A stretch of DNA of 64,000 nucleotides. It comes from Candidatus Dormiibacterota bacterium (GTDB lineage Bacteria; Chloroflexota; Dormibacteria; Aeolococcales; Aeolococcaceae). The position numbers were made by a program, and so were the translations under genes. The DNA lies in the NCBI GenBank assembly GCA_963718525.1, contig OY970355.1, forward strand, positions 1,920,001-1,984,000, given 5' to 3'. Under the pieces are notes generated by a model. The model was not told the DNA's origin. It saw only the letters and a program-made list of their open reading frames with translations, and did not search any database. Below are positions 53,300-63,155 of this stretch, in pieces (the first letter of the stretch is position 1; each line of letters begins with the position of its first letter).

Positions 53300-54160
53300 C
53301 TATGCGGGAATTGCCCCGCTCCCTGACTCTGCGGGCGCGGGCACCGTGCCGGGATGGCCGGGGAAGTCGTGTGGTGTAAGGCTCAACGAGCCGAGCACTT
53401 CGACGTTGTCCGCGTTGAACGTCGTCAGGCTCTCCTGCGTTCCCTGCGCCACGATGTACACACCGGCCTTGACCGCGCTGCTCGTCGCAGCCGCGCCCCG
53501 GACGCCGTGATACGCGGTCGAGCTCGAGATGGTGATGTACGCGAGCTGCCCATCGCCGGTCACCAGCGTGACGGTGTTGCCGCTCACCGACTGCACGCGC
53601 CCGGAGATGCTGGGTACCTCGATTGTGATGGCGGTCGCTGCGATGGGGGAGGTCGCCGTCGGCGACGTGCCGGTCCGGCCGCCGCGCACCGCAACAACGT
53701 CGCCGACCTTCACGGCGCTGAGATGCACCTGCTGCTCTTCACGGCTGTATGTGGTGGACGACGTGGTGGTGACGGTGACCGTGCCGGCGAGGGTCCGCAA
53801 CGTCAGCGTCGATCCACTGATCTTGACGACGGTGCCGGTCTCCCCGCCGCAGAATCCTCCGCCGAAGAACGCCGGTCCGCCAAATCCCGCGCCTGCAAAC
53901 GGTGCTCCGCATTCGAAGCCGCCAGGCCCGTGGCCGCCGAACGAGGGCTTGTGTGCTGAGGGCGAAGGGCTGGGTTTGGTCGCCGCCGCGGTGTTCGCCG
54001 AGCTCGGTGACGCGGCATGGGTCACGATGAGCCCTGTGGTGGCGCCGACGACGGCGATGGCAAGTCCGATCCCGAACAGCCGCATCCGACCGGTTCCTTT
54101 ACCCAGGGGCTCAGGTGGCGGCGGAGGAGGCGGCGGTGGTTCGGGGAAATCGGATGGCAT
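53300..54160 (-). CDS. Membrane-anchored DUF5666-repeat-like protein
   Basis: Poly-Pro N-terminus, TM helix, two OB-like repeats (GTVVKISGSTLTL..., GRVQSVSGNTVTL...). Confidence 0.65.
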   Translation of the reverse strand: MPSDFPEPPPPPPPPPEPLGKGTGRMRLFGIGLAIAVVGATTGLIVTHAASPSSANTAAATKPSPSPSAHKPSFGGHGPGGFECGAPFAGAGFGGPAFFGGGFCGGETGTVVKISGSTLTLRTLAGTVTVTTTSSTTYSREEQQVHLSAVKVGDVVAVRGGRTGTSPTATSPIAATAITIEVPSISGRVQSVSGNTVTLVTGDGQLAYITISSSTAYHGVRGAAATSSAVKAGVYIVAQGTQESLTTFNADNVEVLGSLSLTPHDFPGHPGTVPAPAESGSGAIPA

Positions 54161-54226
54161 CTGTATCCGCCAGAATACCTCGGAGACCTGTCGAAAAGGT
54201 TACGAACGCGCCAGAAGCGCCAAACG

Positions 54227-55924
54227 TCAGGTCGGCCCGCCGAAACGCTGTTCCATCTCGGCGACCCATGCCGCGAGCGTGCTTCGGTCGCCGATTCTCG
54301 GGAATAGGGGCTCGCCCATCCGGATGATGCGCCCGGGCCGGAGCGTCAGCAGTTCCTGGCTCGCTGCGCCCGGCCACGAGCGTTCGCCGGCTTCAAGACC
54401 GAGGCTCGCAGCGAGCCGATCCGACGCGAAGGGCACGAACGGCGCCGAGACGATCGCCTCGATGCGCGCGACATTGATGGCGGTGCGCAGGATGCAGGCG
54501 ACGCGAGCCGTATCGGTCTCGTGCCACGGAGCGCACCGGTCCAGATACTGGTTTCCCAGCGTCCAGAGGCTGCGCAGCGCAAAGGCGGATGGGCGGAAGC
54601 GCATCGCGTCCATCTCGCCCACGTACGTCGCCAGCGCCGCGTCGATGGACGCCGCCAGGTCCGCTTCCTCGGGGCCGGGTTCGCCGCCGTCCGGCACCGT
54701 CATCCCGAAGAGCTTCTCGGTCAGCTTGAGCGTGCGCTGGACGAAGTTGCCGAAGATGCCGGCCAGATCCTTGTTGACGGTCAGCGCGAAACTCTCCCAC
54801 GTGAACTCGGCGTCATCCGACTCCGGCGCAGATGCGAGGAGCGCGTATCGCCAGTAGTCGGCCGGGAGCAACTCGATCGCGGCGTCCATGAACACGCCGC
54901 GCTGCTGGCTCGTCGAGAACTTGCCGCCGTAGTACGTCAGGTAGTTGAACCCCTTGACGTAATCGACGAGCTGCCATGGCTCACCCGATCCCATGATCGA
55001 GATCGGGAAGTTGATGGTGTGAAACGGGATGTTGTCCTTGCCCATGAACTGCGTGTAGCGCACGTCGCCGGCGTTGAACCACCACGAACGCCAGTCGCGG
55101 GTGTCGGGGTCGAGGTCGGCCCATTCCTTGGTGGCGCCGATGTACTCGATGGGCGCATCGAACCAGACGTAGAAGACCTTGCCCTCGAATCCTGGCCAGC
55201 CGACCGGTATGCCCCACTTGAGGTCCCGGGTGATGCTCCGGTCCTCGAGGCCGACGTTGAGCCAGTTGCGTGCAATCGACGTCACCAGGATCGGCCAGTC
55301 GGGGTGCGAGTCGATCCACTCGCGCACGCGATCGGCCATCAGCGACTGACGGATGAACAGGTGACGGGTGGCCCGCACCTCGAGCCTGGTACTGCCCGAG
55401 ATTGCGGATCGCGGATTGATCAGGTCCGAAGGCTCGAGGAGGCGCGCACAGTTCTCGCACTGATCACCGTTGGCACGTTCGTAGCCGCAGTGCGGGCACG
55501 TGCCGATGATGTAGCGATCGGGCAGGAACCGCTCGTCGTCGAGCGAGTACACCTGGTCGGTGACGCGCTCCTCCACCATGCCGTTGTCGCGGAGCTGGGA
55601 CGCGAAGTGCCTGGTGAGCTCGGCGTTCTGGGGCGACGAGCTCCGACCGAAGTGGTCGAACGACAACCCGAAGCGCCGGACCAGATCTGCCTGGATCGTA
55701 TGCTGCTGCGCGCAGTACTCCTCCACGCTGAGCCCCGCGTCAGCTGCGGCAAGCTCGGCAGGTGTGCCGTGCTCGTCAGTCGCGCAGATGAGCAGGACGT
55801 CGTGGCCGCGCAGGCGCAGGTAGCGCGCAGACACGTCGGCGGGGAGCATCGACCCGACCAGCGTGCCGAGGTGCTTGACCCCGTTGATGTACGGCAATGC
55901 GCTCGTGATGAGCTGGCGACCCAT
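54227..55924 (-). CDS. metG: Methionine--tRNA ligase
   Basis: TSALPYING..HLG, ATDEHG, CPHC/CENC zinc knuckle, YVWFDA, GKDN, KFSTS. Confidence 0.95.
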   Translation of the reverse strand: MGRQLITSALPYINGVKHLGTLVGSMLPADVSARYLRLRGHDVLLICATDEHGTPAELAAADAGLSVEEYCAQQHTIQADLVRRFGLSFDHFGRSSSPQNAELTRHFASQLRDNGMVEERVTDQVYSLDDERFLPDRYIIGTCPHCGYERANGDQCENCARLLEPSDLINPRSAISGSTRLEVRATRHLFIRQSLMADRVREWIDSHPDWPILVTSIARNWLNVGLEDRSITRDLKWGIPVGWPGFEGKVFYVWFDAPIEYIGATKEWADLDPDTRDWRSWWFNAGDVRYTQFMGKDNIPFHTINFPISIMGSGEPWQLVDYVKGFNYLTYYGGKFSTSQQRGVFMDAAIELLPADYWRYALLASAPESDDAEFTWESFALTVNKDLAGIFGNFVQRTLKLTEKLFGMTVPDGGEPGPEEADLAASIDAALATYVGEMDAMRFRPSAFALRSLWTLGNQYLDRCAPWHETDTARVACILRTAINVARIEAIVSAPFVPFASDRLAASLGLEAGERSWPGAASQELLTLRPGRIIRMGEPLFPRIGDRSTLAAWVAEMEQRFGGPT

Positions 55925-56155
55925 CGGCGCATCCTACAAGGGGTAGGAGCGGCGCCCCCCCTCTCGGAGCGTCGCGTGACAGAGCGTAGCCGCATTCGGG
56001 GCGTTTGAGCCGATTCGTCAGACCGATCTTTGCGGCCCGTTGCACCGTCACCACCGTCGCCATGCGTGCGTCTGACTTCGTTAACGGTCCGTTGCTGTGG
56101 GCTGTGATCACCTGACCGGCTGGTACCCTGCGGCAATGCGAGCACCGGACTCCCG

Positions 56156-57217
56156 TTGAAGGGGCTCATCCTCAGCGGCGGCAAGGGAACGCGGCTGCGG
56201 CCGATCACCCACACCGGCGCGAAACAACTCATCCCCGTCGCCAACCGGCCGATTCTCTTCTATGCCATCGATGCCCTGACCCAGGCCGGGATCCACGACA
56301 TCGGCATCATCGTTGGCGACACCGCCGACGAGGTGCGCGCCGCGGTGGGCGACGGATCGAAGTTCGATGCCAGCGTCACCTTCATCCCCCAGGAGGCGCC
56401 GCTCGGCCTCGCACATGCGGTCGGCATCGCCCGCGATTTCCTCGCCGGGGACAGTTTTGTCATGTATCTCGGCGACAACCTGATCGCCCAGGGAATCGGG
56501 ACGCTCGTCGACGAATTCCAGCGCTCGGAAGCCGACACCATGATCCTGTTGGCCCGGGTTCCCGAGCCCCAGCGCTTCGGGGTGGCGGAGCTCGAGGACG
56601 GACGGGTGATCTCGCTCGTGGAGAAGCCGTTGGTGCCGCGCTCCGACCTGGCGCTGGTGGGCGTGTACCTCTTCTCGCCGCTGATCTTCGAGGCAATTGA
56701 CGCCATCGAGCCGAGTGCCCGAGGCGAGCTCGAGATCACCGATGCGATTCAGCGAATGATCGACACTGGCAAGAGCGTCCTGCCGCACATCATCGAGGGC
56801 TGGTGGAAGGACACCGGCCGGCTTGACGACATCCTCGAAGCCAATCGGATGATCCTGGACACACTCGAGGCGCGATGCGATGGCATGGTGGGTGAGGACG
56901 TCCGCCTGCACGGCAAGGTGGTGGTGGAGGAGGGGGCCACGCTGCGCAACTGCGTGGTTCGTGGGCCGGCGATCATCGGCAGTCGCACCGTGGTCGACAA
57001 CGCATACATCGGCCCGTTCACGTCCATCTACTTCGACTGCGTGGTGCGCAACGCGGAAATCGAGAACAGCATCGTTCTCGAAGGCACGAGGATCCACGAC
57101 GTCGGTGGCAAGATCGACGGATCGCTCATCGGCAAGGAGTGCGAGGTCTGCAAATCGCCGGCGCGCCCGACCGCCGTGCGGCTGATGCTCGGCGACCACT
57201 CTCGCGTCGAGCTCTGA
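56156..57217 (+). CDS. rmlA: Glucose-1-phosphate thymidylyltransferase (long form)
   Basis: GGKGTRLRP, AKQL, LGDN, EKP, RGELEITDA, WWKDTG, hexapeptide tail. Confidence 0.9.
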   Translation: MKGLILSGGKGTRLRPITHTGAKQLIPVANRPILFYAIDALTQAGIHDIGIIVGDTADEVRAAVGDGSKFDASVTFIPQEAPLGLAHAVGIARDFLAGDSFVMYLGDNLIAQGIGTLVDEFQRSEADTMILLARVPEPQRFGVAELEDGRVISLVEKPLVPRSDLALVGVYLFSPLIFEAIDAIEPSARGELEITDAIQRMIDTGKSVLPHIIEGWWKDTGRLDDILEANRMILDTLEARCDGMVGEDVRLHGKVVVEEGATLRNCVVRGPAIIGSRTVVDNAYIGPFTSIYFDCVVRNAEIENSIVLEGTRIHDVGGKIDGSLIGKECEVCKSPARPTAVRLMLGDHSRVEL

Positions 57218-57268
57218 CGGCATCGACGTGAGGCGCAACTGCCCACTCGCCGCGCCGGGTGAGCGGCA

Positions 57269-58117
57269 CTGAGGTACGTCGTGCTCGGCGCGTCCGGGCA
57301 GCTCGGCGGGGACCTCGTCGAGGAGGGAACGCGGCAAGGCCACGAGATGGTCGGCCTGACGCAGCTGGAGTGCGACATCACCGACGCATCCGCTGTCCAA
57401 CGGGCCATCGGCGAAGCTCACCCGGACGCCGTCATCAACGCCGCGGCCTGGACGCGGGTCGACGCTGCCGAGGAGCACGAGACGACCGCGGAGGCGGTGA
57501 ACGCCACCGGCGCAGGCTATGTCGCGGCGGCCTCGGCGGCAGCAGGCATTCGCTGCTGTCACGTCAGCACCGACTACGTGTTCGACGGCACGGCGACATC
57601 GCCGATCCCCGAGACCGCCGTGGCTGCACCACGGTCAGCCTACGGGCGGACCAAGTGGCACGGCGAGATTGCGGTGCGAGAGCGCAACCCTGACCACATC
57701 ATCGTTCGCACGAGCTGGCTCTACGGCCGCGAGGGCCCCAACTTCGTGCTCACGATGTTGCGCATCGCCGCCGAACGCCCGCAGGTTCGAGTTGTCGCCG
57801 ACCAGCACGGGGCGCCGACGTGGACCGGCCATCTCGCGCCCGCGATGCTCAGGCTGCTCGAGGTGGGACCGCCGGGGACATACCATCTCACCAACAGCGG
57901 CGTCACCACCTGGCATGGGCTGGCCGTCGCCGCCATCCGCTCGCGCGGGGGGATGGCCGAGGTCGTGCCGATCACAACCGCGGAATATCCGACCCAGGCC
58001 ATACGCCCCGCGTACTCGGTGCTCGACAACCGCGCATGGCGTGAGCTTGGTGAACCGCCCTTGCCCGACTGGCAGGAAGGGCTTCGCGCCTACCTGGCGA
58101 CTCTCGACGCCCGCTGA
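57269..58117 (+). CDS. rmlD: dTDP-4-dehydrorhamnose reductase
   Basis: GASGQLG, NAAAWT, STDYVFDG, YGRTK, DQHGAPT, RPAYS; start uncertain (CTG 57269 or GTG 57281). Confidence 0.9.
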   Translation: MRYVVLGASGQLGGDLVEEGTRQGHEMVGLTQLECDITDASAVQRAIGEAHPDAVINAAAWTRVDAAEEHETTAEAVNATGAGYVAAASAAAGIRCCHVSTDYVFDGTATSPIPETAVAAPRSAYGRTKWHGEIAVRERNPDHIIVRTSWLYGREGPNFVLTMLRIAAERPQVRVVADQHGAPTWTGHLAPAMLRLLEVGPPGTYHLTNSGVTTWHGLAVAAIRSRGGMAEVVPITTAEYPTQAIRPAYSVLDNRAWRELGEPPLPDWQEGLRAYLATLDAR

Positions 58118-58127
58118 GCCGGCTCGA

Positions 58128-58523
58128 TCAGTCCTCGGGTTCCGGCTGAGTTCGCTTGTCGGCACTGATGTACAGGAGCCCGCCGAACAGCCCCGCATTC
58201 TTCAGGAAGTGGACGAGGCTGGCGCGCCGCTCGTCGGGCTTCTCGGACTTCCAGAAGGGATGGCCGATGATCGTGCTGGGGATCAGCGTCAGCGCAAGAA
58301 TGCGGGCGGACGTCTTTGGCAGGAAACCAAGTGCGAGCGTCGTCCCGGCGACCATCATGGTCGCGCCCTGCACCTTGGCGATCATCGGCTCATTGGGCAC
58401 CATCGGCAGCGCATCCGCCGCGATCTTGGCGTAGCGCTCCGAATTGTTGAACATGCCGTAGCCGGAATACACAAAGATCCCGGAAAGCAGGAAGCGGCCG
58501 GCGGTTCTGATCAGCGTTCGCAT
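58128..58523 (-). CDS. DoxX-family membrane protein
   Basis: GRFLLSGIF, GHPFW, FLKNAGLFGGLL. Confidence 0.85.
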   Translation of the reverse strand: MRTLIRTAGRFLLSGIFVYSGYGMFNNSERYAKIAADALPMVPNEPMIAKVQGATMMVAGTTLALGFLPKTSARILALTLIPSTIIGHPFWKSEKPDERRASLVHFLKNAGLFGGLLYISADKRTQPEPED

Positions 58524-58618
58524 GGACCATGACTTTAGGTCAGATGTACCGGGACGCCGATCCGGCGCCGCTGGGATCAGAATTGCCCTCCTTGCGTCCA
58601 CGTCCAGGGAGTGTGCTC

Positions 58619-58831
58619 ATGGCTGAGAGCGTCTACCGCGTCACCGAGCTGGTCGGAACCAGCGCCGAGTCCTGGGAGAAGGCGGCCCAGCTCGCGATCG
58701 AGACTGCGTCCTCGTCGCTCCGCGATCTGCGCATCGCCGAGGTGGTCAAGCTCGACATGACCGTCGAGAACGGCAAGGTCGCGCGCTTCCGCACGCGCCT
58801 CAATGTCTCCTTCAAGTACGAGAACGAGTAG
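58619..58831 (+). CDS. Dodecin-family protein
   Basis: SVYRVTELVGTSAESWEKAA...SLRDLR...LNVSFKYE. Confidence 0.9.
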   Translation: MAESVYRVTELVGTSAESWEKAAQLAIETASSSLRDLRIAEVVKLDMTVENGKVARFRTRLNVSFKYENE

Positions 58832-58867
58832 CCGCGCGCACGGAGCTTTTGCGCCATAGTTCGCTCG

Positions 58868-59740
58868 ATGTCCGTCGATCGCCAGCCGCGGATCCAGCCC
58901 TCGGCGTTCACGTCTCGGGGTCACCAACTCGCCTACACTGAATTCGGCGAGGGTAAGCGCTGGGTGTTGCTCATGCCGGGCCTGCTCGTCCCGGCGCTGA
59001 TGCAGGAGCCCCTCGCCACGGCCCTGGCCGCGAGCGGGGCGCACGTGCTGACGCTCGACCCACTCGGCCACGGCCAGTCCGATCGCCCCGACGACATGGC
59101 GGAGTATTCGATCGAATCCTTCGCGGGTGACGCCGTCGCGCTGCTCGACCATCTCGACATCGATGAAGCGGTGATCGGGGGAACCTCTCTCGGTGCGAAC
59201 GTGACACTAGAGATCGCGCACGCGGCGCCGCAGCGGGTGCGGGGCATGATCATCGAGATGCCGGTGCTCGAGAACGCGCTGGTTGCATCGGTGATCGCCT
59301 TCGGCCCCCTGCTCGTTGCGCTGCACTTCGGCGAGCGGCTGATGCGCCCGGTCGCGGCCGGCCTGCGTCGGGTCCCGCGGCGGCTGCTGCCCTTCTGGGG
59401 CAACGTGGCGCTCGACGTGGTCCGTCAGGATCCCGGACCCAGCGCCGCGCTGCTTCAGGGACTGTTCTTCAGCCACATCGCTCCGTACAGCGCACAGCGG
59501 CGTGAGCTGACCATGCCGTCGCTGGTCATCGGACATCACATCGACCCGGTCCATCCGTTCTCCGACGCGGGCGTGCTCACCGGCGAACTCCCCAACGCGC
59601 GGCTCGTCGAAGCGTCCAACATTCTCGAGCTGCGCCTCCGCCCGGAACGTCTCACAGCGGAAATCGCGGGGTTCATCGCCGAGTGCTGGTCGCCGCGAGC
59701 GGTCGCGAAGCCTCGCCGCCAGCGCCGCCGCACCGCCTGA
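58868..59740 (+). CDS. Alpha/beta hydrolase
   Basis: DPLGHGQS, GTSLG nucleophile motif, DPVHP. Confidence 0.85.
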   Translation: MSVDRQPRIQPSAFTSRGHQLAYTEFGEGKRWVLLMPGLLVPALMQEPLATALAASGAHVLTLDPLGHGQSDRPDDMAEYSIESFAGDAVALLDHLDIDEAVIGGTSLGANVTLEIAHAAPQRVRGMIIEMPVLENALVASVIAFGPLLVALHFGERLMRPVAAGLRRVPRRLLPFWGNVALDVVRQDPGPSAALLQGLFFSHIAPYSAQRRELTMPSLVIGHHIDPVHPFSDAGVLTGELPNARLVEASNILELRLRPERLTAEIAGFIAECWSPRAVAKPRRQRRRTA

Positions 59741-59759
59741 CGATAGGCTGGTGTTCGAG

Positions 59760-60767
59760 ATGTCCCAGACCGCTGCCCCACGCCCCCGAGTTCTGAGTGG
59801 CATCCAGCCGGATTTCGGTCTCCACCTGGGCAATTACCTCGGCGCCCTGCGCAACTGGGCCCGTGACCAGGACCGCTATGAGAACTATTTCTGCATCGTC
59901 GACCTGCACGCGCTCACACGCCACCCTGAACCTGAACGCCTTCGCTCGCTGACCCTGGAATTGGCTGCGATGTACATCGCGTGTGGACTCGACCCCGCGC
60001 GTTGCGAGATCTTCGTGCAATCGCACGTCCCCGCTCATACGCAACTGTGCTGGATCCTCGAGACGCTCACGCCGATGGGCTGGCTCGATCGCATGACCCA
60101 GTTCAAGGCGCGGATCGAGGCTCAGGGTCGCGAGCGGGTCAATGCCGGGGTCTTCACGTACCCGGTGCTGCAGGCAGCAGACATCCTGCTCTACGACGCG
60201 GACTTCGTCCCCGTCGGCGAGGATCAGCGGCAGCACATCGAGCTGTCCCGCGACCTCGCGAACCGGCTCAACTCACAACGTGGGGATATCGTGAAGGTAC
60301 CTGCCGCGCTGATCAGCCAGGTTGGGGCTCGCGTCATGGGCCTCGACACGCCGGAGGAGAAGATGAGCAAGAGCATTGCCATCGAGCGCGCCGGTCACGC
60401 GGTCCTGCTCCTCGATCCTCCGGACATCGTGCGCCGGAAGATCGCACGGGCAACCACCGACACCGATCCCGCCGTGCGCAGGCCCGTCGGCCCGGGGGTT
60501 GCCAATCTCCTCGAGATCTACGCCGCGTTGCAGGACGTGAGCACGGACGCCGCGTATGCGGAGTTCGAAGGCAAGCGCTACAGCGTGGTGAAGTCCGCGG
60601 TCGCCGATGCGATCGTCGACGCTCTGGCGCCGATTCAGGCTCGATACGCGGAGCTTCGAGTTGACGAGGATGGGCTTCGCCGCACCCTCGCCGAGTCGGC
60701 CGCTCGCGTGCATCTCGTCGCGGACGCCACCCTGCAGCGCGTGCAGGAGGCCGTCGGCCTGCGCTGA
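59760..60767 (+). CDS. trpS: Tryptophan--tRNA ligase (bacterial type)
   Basis: SGIQP, HLGNY, DLHALT, YPVLQAADI, VPVGEDQ, KMSKS. Confidence 0.95.
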   Translation: MSQTAAPRPRVLSGIQPDFGLHLGNYLGALRNWARDQDRYENYFCIVDLHALTRHPEPERLRSLTLELAAMYIACGLDPARCEIFVQSHVPAHTQLCWILETLTPMGWLDRMTQFKARIEAQGRERVNAGVFTYPVLQAADILLYDADFVPVGEDQRQHIELSRDLANRLNSQRGDIVKVPAALISQVGARVMGLDTPEEKMSKSIAIERAGHAVLLLDPPDIVRRKIARATTDTDPAVRRPVGPGVANLLEIYAALQDVSTDAAYAEFEGKRYSVVKSAVADAIVDALAPIQARYAELRVDEDGLRRTLAESAARVHLVADATLQRVQEAVGLR

Positions 60768-60770
60768 TCC

Positions 60771-61898
60771 TCAGGCGAGGGCCGCGTCGATCTCCTCGAG
60801 TGTCGCATGCACCTCGGGCTGTGCGAAGTGGATGCGGGCGGGCTCGAGCAGGTCGATGAGTCGCGCGGCGAGCCCTGCCTTGGCGTCCATCGGGTGGAGC
60901 GACCCGTCCAGGTAGGCGGTGATCACCTCGTCCGGAGCGTCGAAGGTGATCCGGCCGCCGTTGGCCTCCGACCGTTCGACCACGAATGGACCGCCGGCGA
61001 TGCCGAAGACGAGCTTCTCGATCCAGTCGAGGATCGGGTTGAAGACGATCTCGCCGGGCGGACAGAACGCCTTCCTGACCTTCGCCATGATCTCGTCAGG
61101 ACTGTCATGAACAAACACGGCGGAGCCGGGATCGCTCTTGCTCATCTTCATGGCCGCGAAGACATCGCGCGCCGACTCCGGCGGCACCGGCCATATCGGT
61201 GGGCGGCGAAGTCCGAGCAGGAGCGGATGATGGAGGGCAACCGGCTTGATGGGAGCGCCATCGACACCGGAGAGTGGGTGGATGCGCATGTGCGTGGCCA
61301 CGTCGCGCGCGATCACGTGCGCCTTTCGCTGATCCATGCCCGCGTGGGCGATGTGTACGCCGAGCGCGAAGATGTCAGCCGCCTGCATCGCCGGGTAGAT
61401 GAGCTTGGCGAAGTCGACACTGTCGCCTTCCTGACGGCCGAGGATGCTGATGCTGCGCTGCATCCGTGCGAGTGTCGTGTTCTTGCTCACCTCGATCATC
61501 GTCGCCCAGTACTCGTCGTCGTTCCGATAGAGATCCGACGCAAGGACGAATTCGACCGAATCCGGGTCGGCGTCGACACAGAGCAACGACGCGCGGAACG
61601 CTTCGGTGAAGTAGCCGGTGGCGATGCGGCGGATGAGGTCGCGGTCGCCGCCGAGCTTGTCGTTGATCCACGTGTGCCAGTCGGCAAGGAGCACCGAGCA
61701 GTGCACGCCGGCGGCGGTGAGGTCGCGGACCTTGGCCATGCTCATCAGCCCGGTGCCGAGATGCGTCTTGCCGGAGATCTCGAAGCCGATGTAGTGACGC
61801 AACTGGATGCCGGCGTCCATGAGGGGCGGCAACTCGTTAGCGCCGATGACCTCGGCGGTGTTGCGCTCGATGAGCGCCATGCGTTCAGCGGTGGTCAC
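60771..61898 (-). CDS. tyrS: Tyrosine--tRNA ligase, archaeal type
   Basis: HYIGFEISG..HLG, ADWHTWINDKLGG, IYPAMQAADI, AHAGMDQRKAH, KMSKS, KAFCP, LHPMDAK; no S4 domain. Confidence 0.92.
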   Translation of the reverse strand: MTTAERMALIERNTAEVIGANELPPLMDAGIQLRHYIGFEISGKTHLGTGLMSMAKVRDLTAAGVHCSVLLADWHTWINDKLGGDRDLIRRIATGYFTEAFRASLLCVDADPDSVEFVLASDLYRNDDEYWATMIEVSKNTTLARMQRSISILGRQEGDSVDFAKLIYPAMQAADIFALGVHIAHAGMDQRKAHVIARDVATHMRIHPLSGVDGAPIKPVALHHPLLLGLRRPPIWPVPPESARDVFAAMKMSKSDPGSAVFVHDSPDEIMAKVRKAFCPPGEIVFNPILDWIEKLVFGIAGGPFVVERSEANGGRITFDAPDEVITAYLDGSLHPMDAKAGLAARLIDLLEPARIHFAQPEVHATLEEIDAALA

Positions 61899-61936
61899 GT
61901 CCGCTGAGTGTGCCAGACCGGTATCAGGCGGTGAGG

Positions 61937-62275
61937 TCAGTCGTCGTGCGTGTCGTCGTATGCGACGCGATGGGGCGCGACCTCGTCAAGGAGATCGGCC
62001 TCCCAGTCGAGCAGCGCGTCGTGGAGGCGCGCGGTGTTCCTTGCCTGCCACAGAGCGGCGGGAGCCGGGACCGGGAGGACCACCTCGAGCTCCGCGAGCT
62101 GGCGCCACATATCCGGTGGCACCTGGCGGTCGCGTTGCAGGTTGTGGTGCTCGACGCTGTCGAGGACGCGTTCGAGCCGCTGAATGTGTTCGATGCGCAG
62201 CCTGCGTCGGGCCTTGAGGTCTTCGGCGCGGGCCTTGGCCGCATCCATGTCGGTGATTGCGCTCTGGAAGCTCAT
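61937..62275 (-). CDS. Hypothetical helical protein (112 aa)
   Basis: ORF with typical codon usage filling the gap; possible promoter TTTACT-N16-TAACCT upstream. Confidence 0.6.
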   Translation of the reverse strand: MSFQSAITDMDAAKARAEDLKARRRLRIEHIQRLERVLDSVEHHNLQRDRQVPPDMWRQLAELEVVLPVPAPAALWQARNTARLHDALLDWEADLLDEVAPHRVAYDDTHDD

Positions 62276-62377
62276 CTCGATTGTCGTCTCACGTGTCTAC
62301 CTTCGCTGCTCAGGTTATCCAGCCTGTCATACAAGTAAACGGAACAGGGTTACGGTCGGATTACGGCCTGAGCAGGG

Positions 62378-63085
62378 TTAAGGTTCCGGATTCGACATCC
62401 CGTCGATTTTTTCGCCCTCGATGTGGCGAGAGCGCCGCGGCCCTTGCAGGATCGTCACGGCACCGGGACCGAACACCTCCCAGCTGCCATGGCGCAGCAC
62501 CGCGGCGGTGCGCTCGTCGATACCGATGACCTTGGTCTCCTCGCCGAGGCCCTCCTGTGCCCATGGAATCCATGCGTCGCCGAGCACGTCGAAGTGGGGG
62601 AGGATCGCGCAGCCCGGCACGAGTTCCAGGGCGTCCACCGAGCGCTCGTCGACCTCACCGGGCCAGCTGGTCTGGACGAGACACCACTCGCAGAGGGCCA
62701 TTGCGCCGGCGGATGACCCGGCGAGTGCCGCGCCAGACCGCCAGGCCGCGGCGATCGCCGTCCAGACGGGACTGGCGCGCAGAACCTCGACGACCCACCC
62801 GGGATCGCCGCCGGCGATATAGACCAGCCCGGCCCCTGCGGCCGCCTCCACGATCTCCGGCGAGCAGGCGTCGTTCTTGTCGCGGATGCGCAGTTCGTGC
62901 ACCTCGAGCCCGAGGCCCGCGAACCATCGCCGGGCCAACTCAACCGCTCCGGTCGCAAAGTCCTGGGCAGCGGTCGCGACCACGTAGGCGGGTCGTCCGC
63001 CGCACGCGTCGCGAAGAATCTCGTCCTGACGTTCGTTGCCGGGGTGGAACTCGTCGCCGCCGACGAGTGCGAGTGGACCGTGCAT
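62378..63085 (-). CDS. Peptidase S51 / cyanophycinase-like protein
   Basis: LVGGDE, YIAGGD, AGSSAGAMA, LPHFD, GIDERTA; AAGGAGG RBS. Confidence 0.85.
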   Translation of the reverse strand: MHGPLALVGGDEFHPGNERQDEILRDACGGRPAYVVATAAQDFATGAVELARRWFAGLGLEVHELRIRDKNDACSPEIVEAAAGAGLVYIAGGDPGWVVEVLRASPVWTAIAAAWRSGAALAGSSAGAMALCEWCLVQTSWPGEVDERSVDALELVPGCAILPHFDVLGDAWIPWAQEGLGEETKVIGIDERTAAVLRHGSWEVFGPGAVTILQGPRRSRHIEGEKIDGMSNPEP

Positions 63086-63155
63086 TGACGACAGTCTCCC
63101 TCCTTTCGGGAAAAGAGGCGCGTCCCATGCATCCCCCTACACTCTCAAGGCGCTC

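Noticed and set aside
55925-56155. T-box or SAM riboswitch upstream of metG
   Set aside because: No T-box or S-box consensus; only a short TCCTAC/GTAGGA hairpin, and metG looks leaderless.
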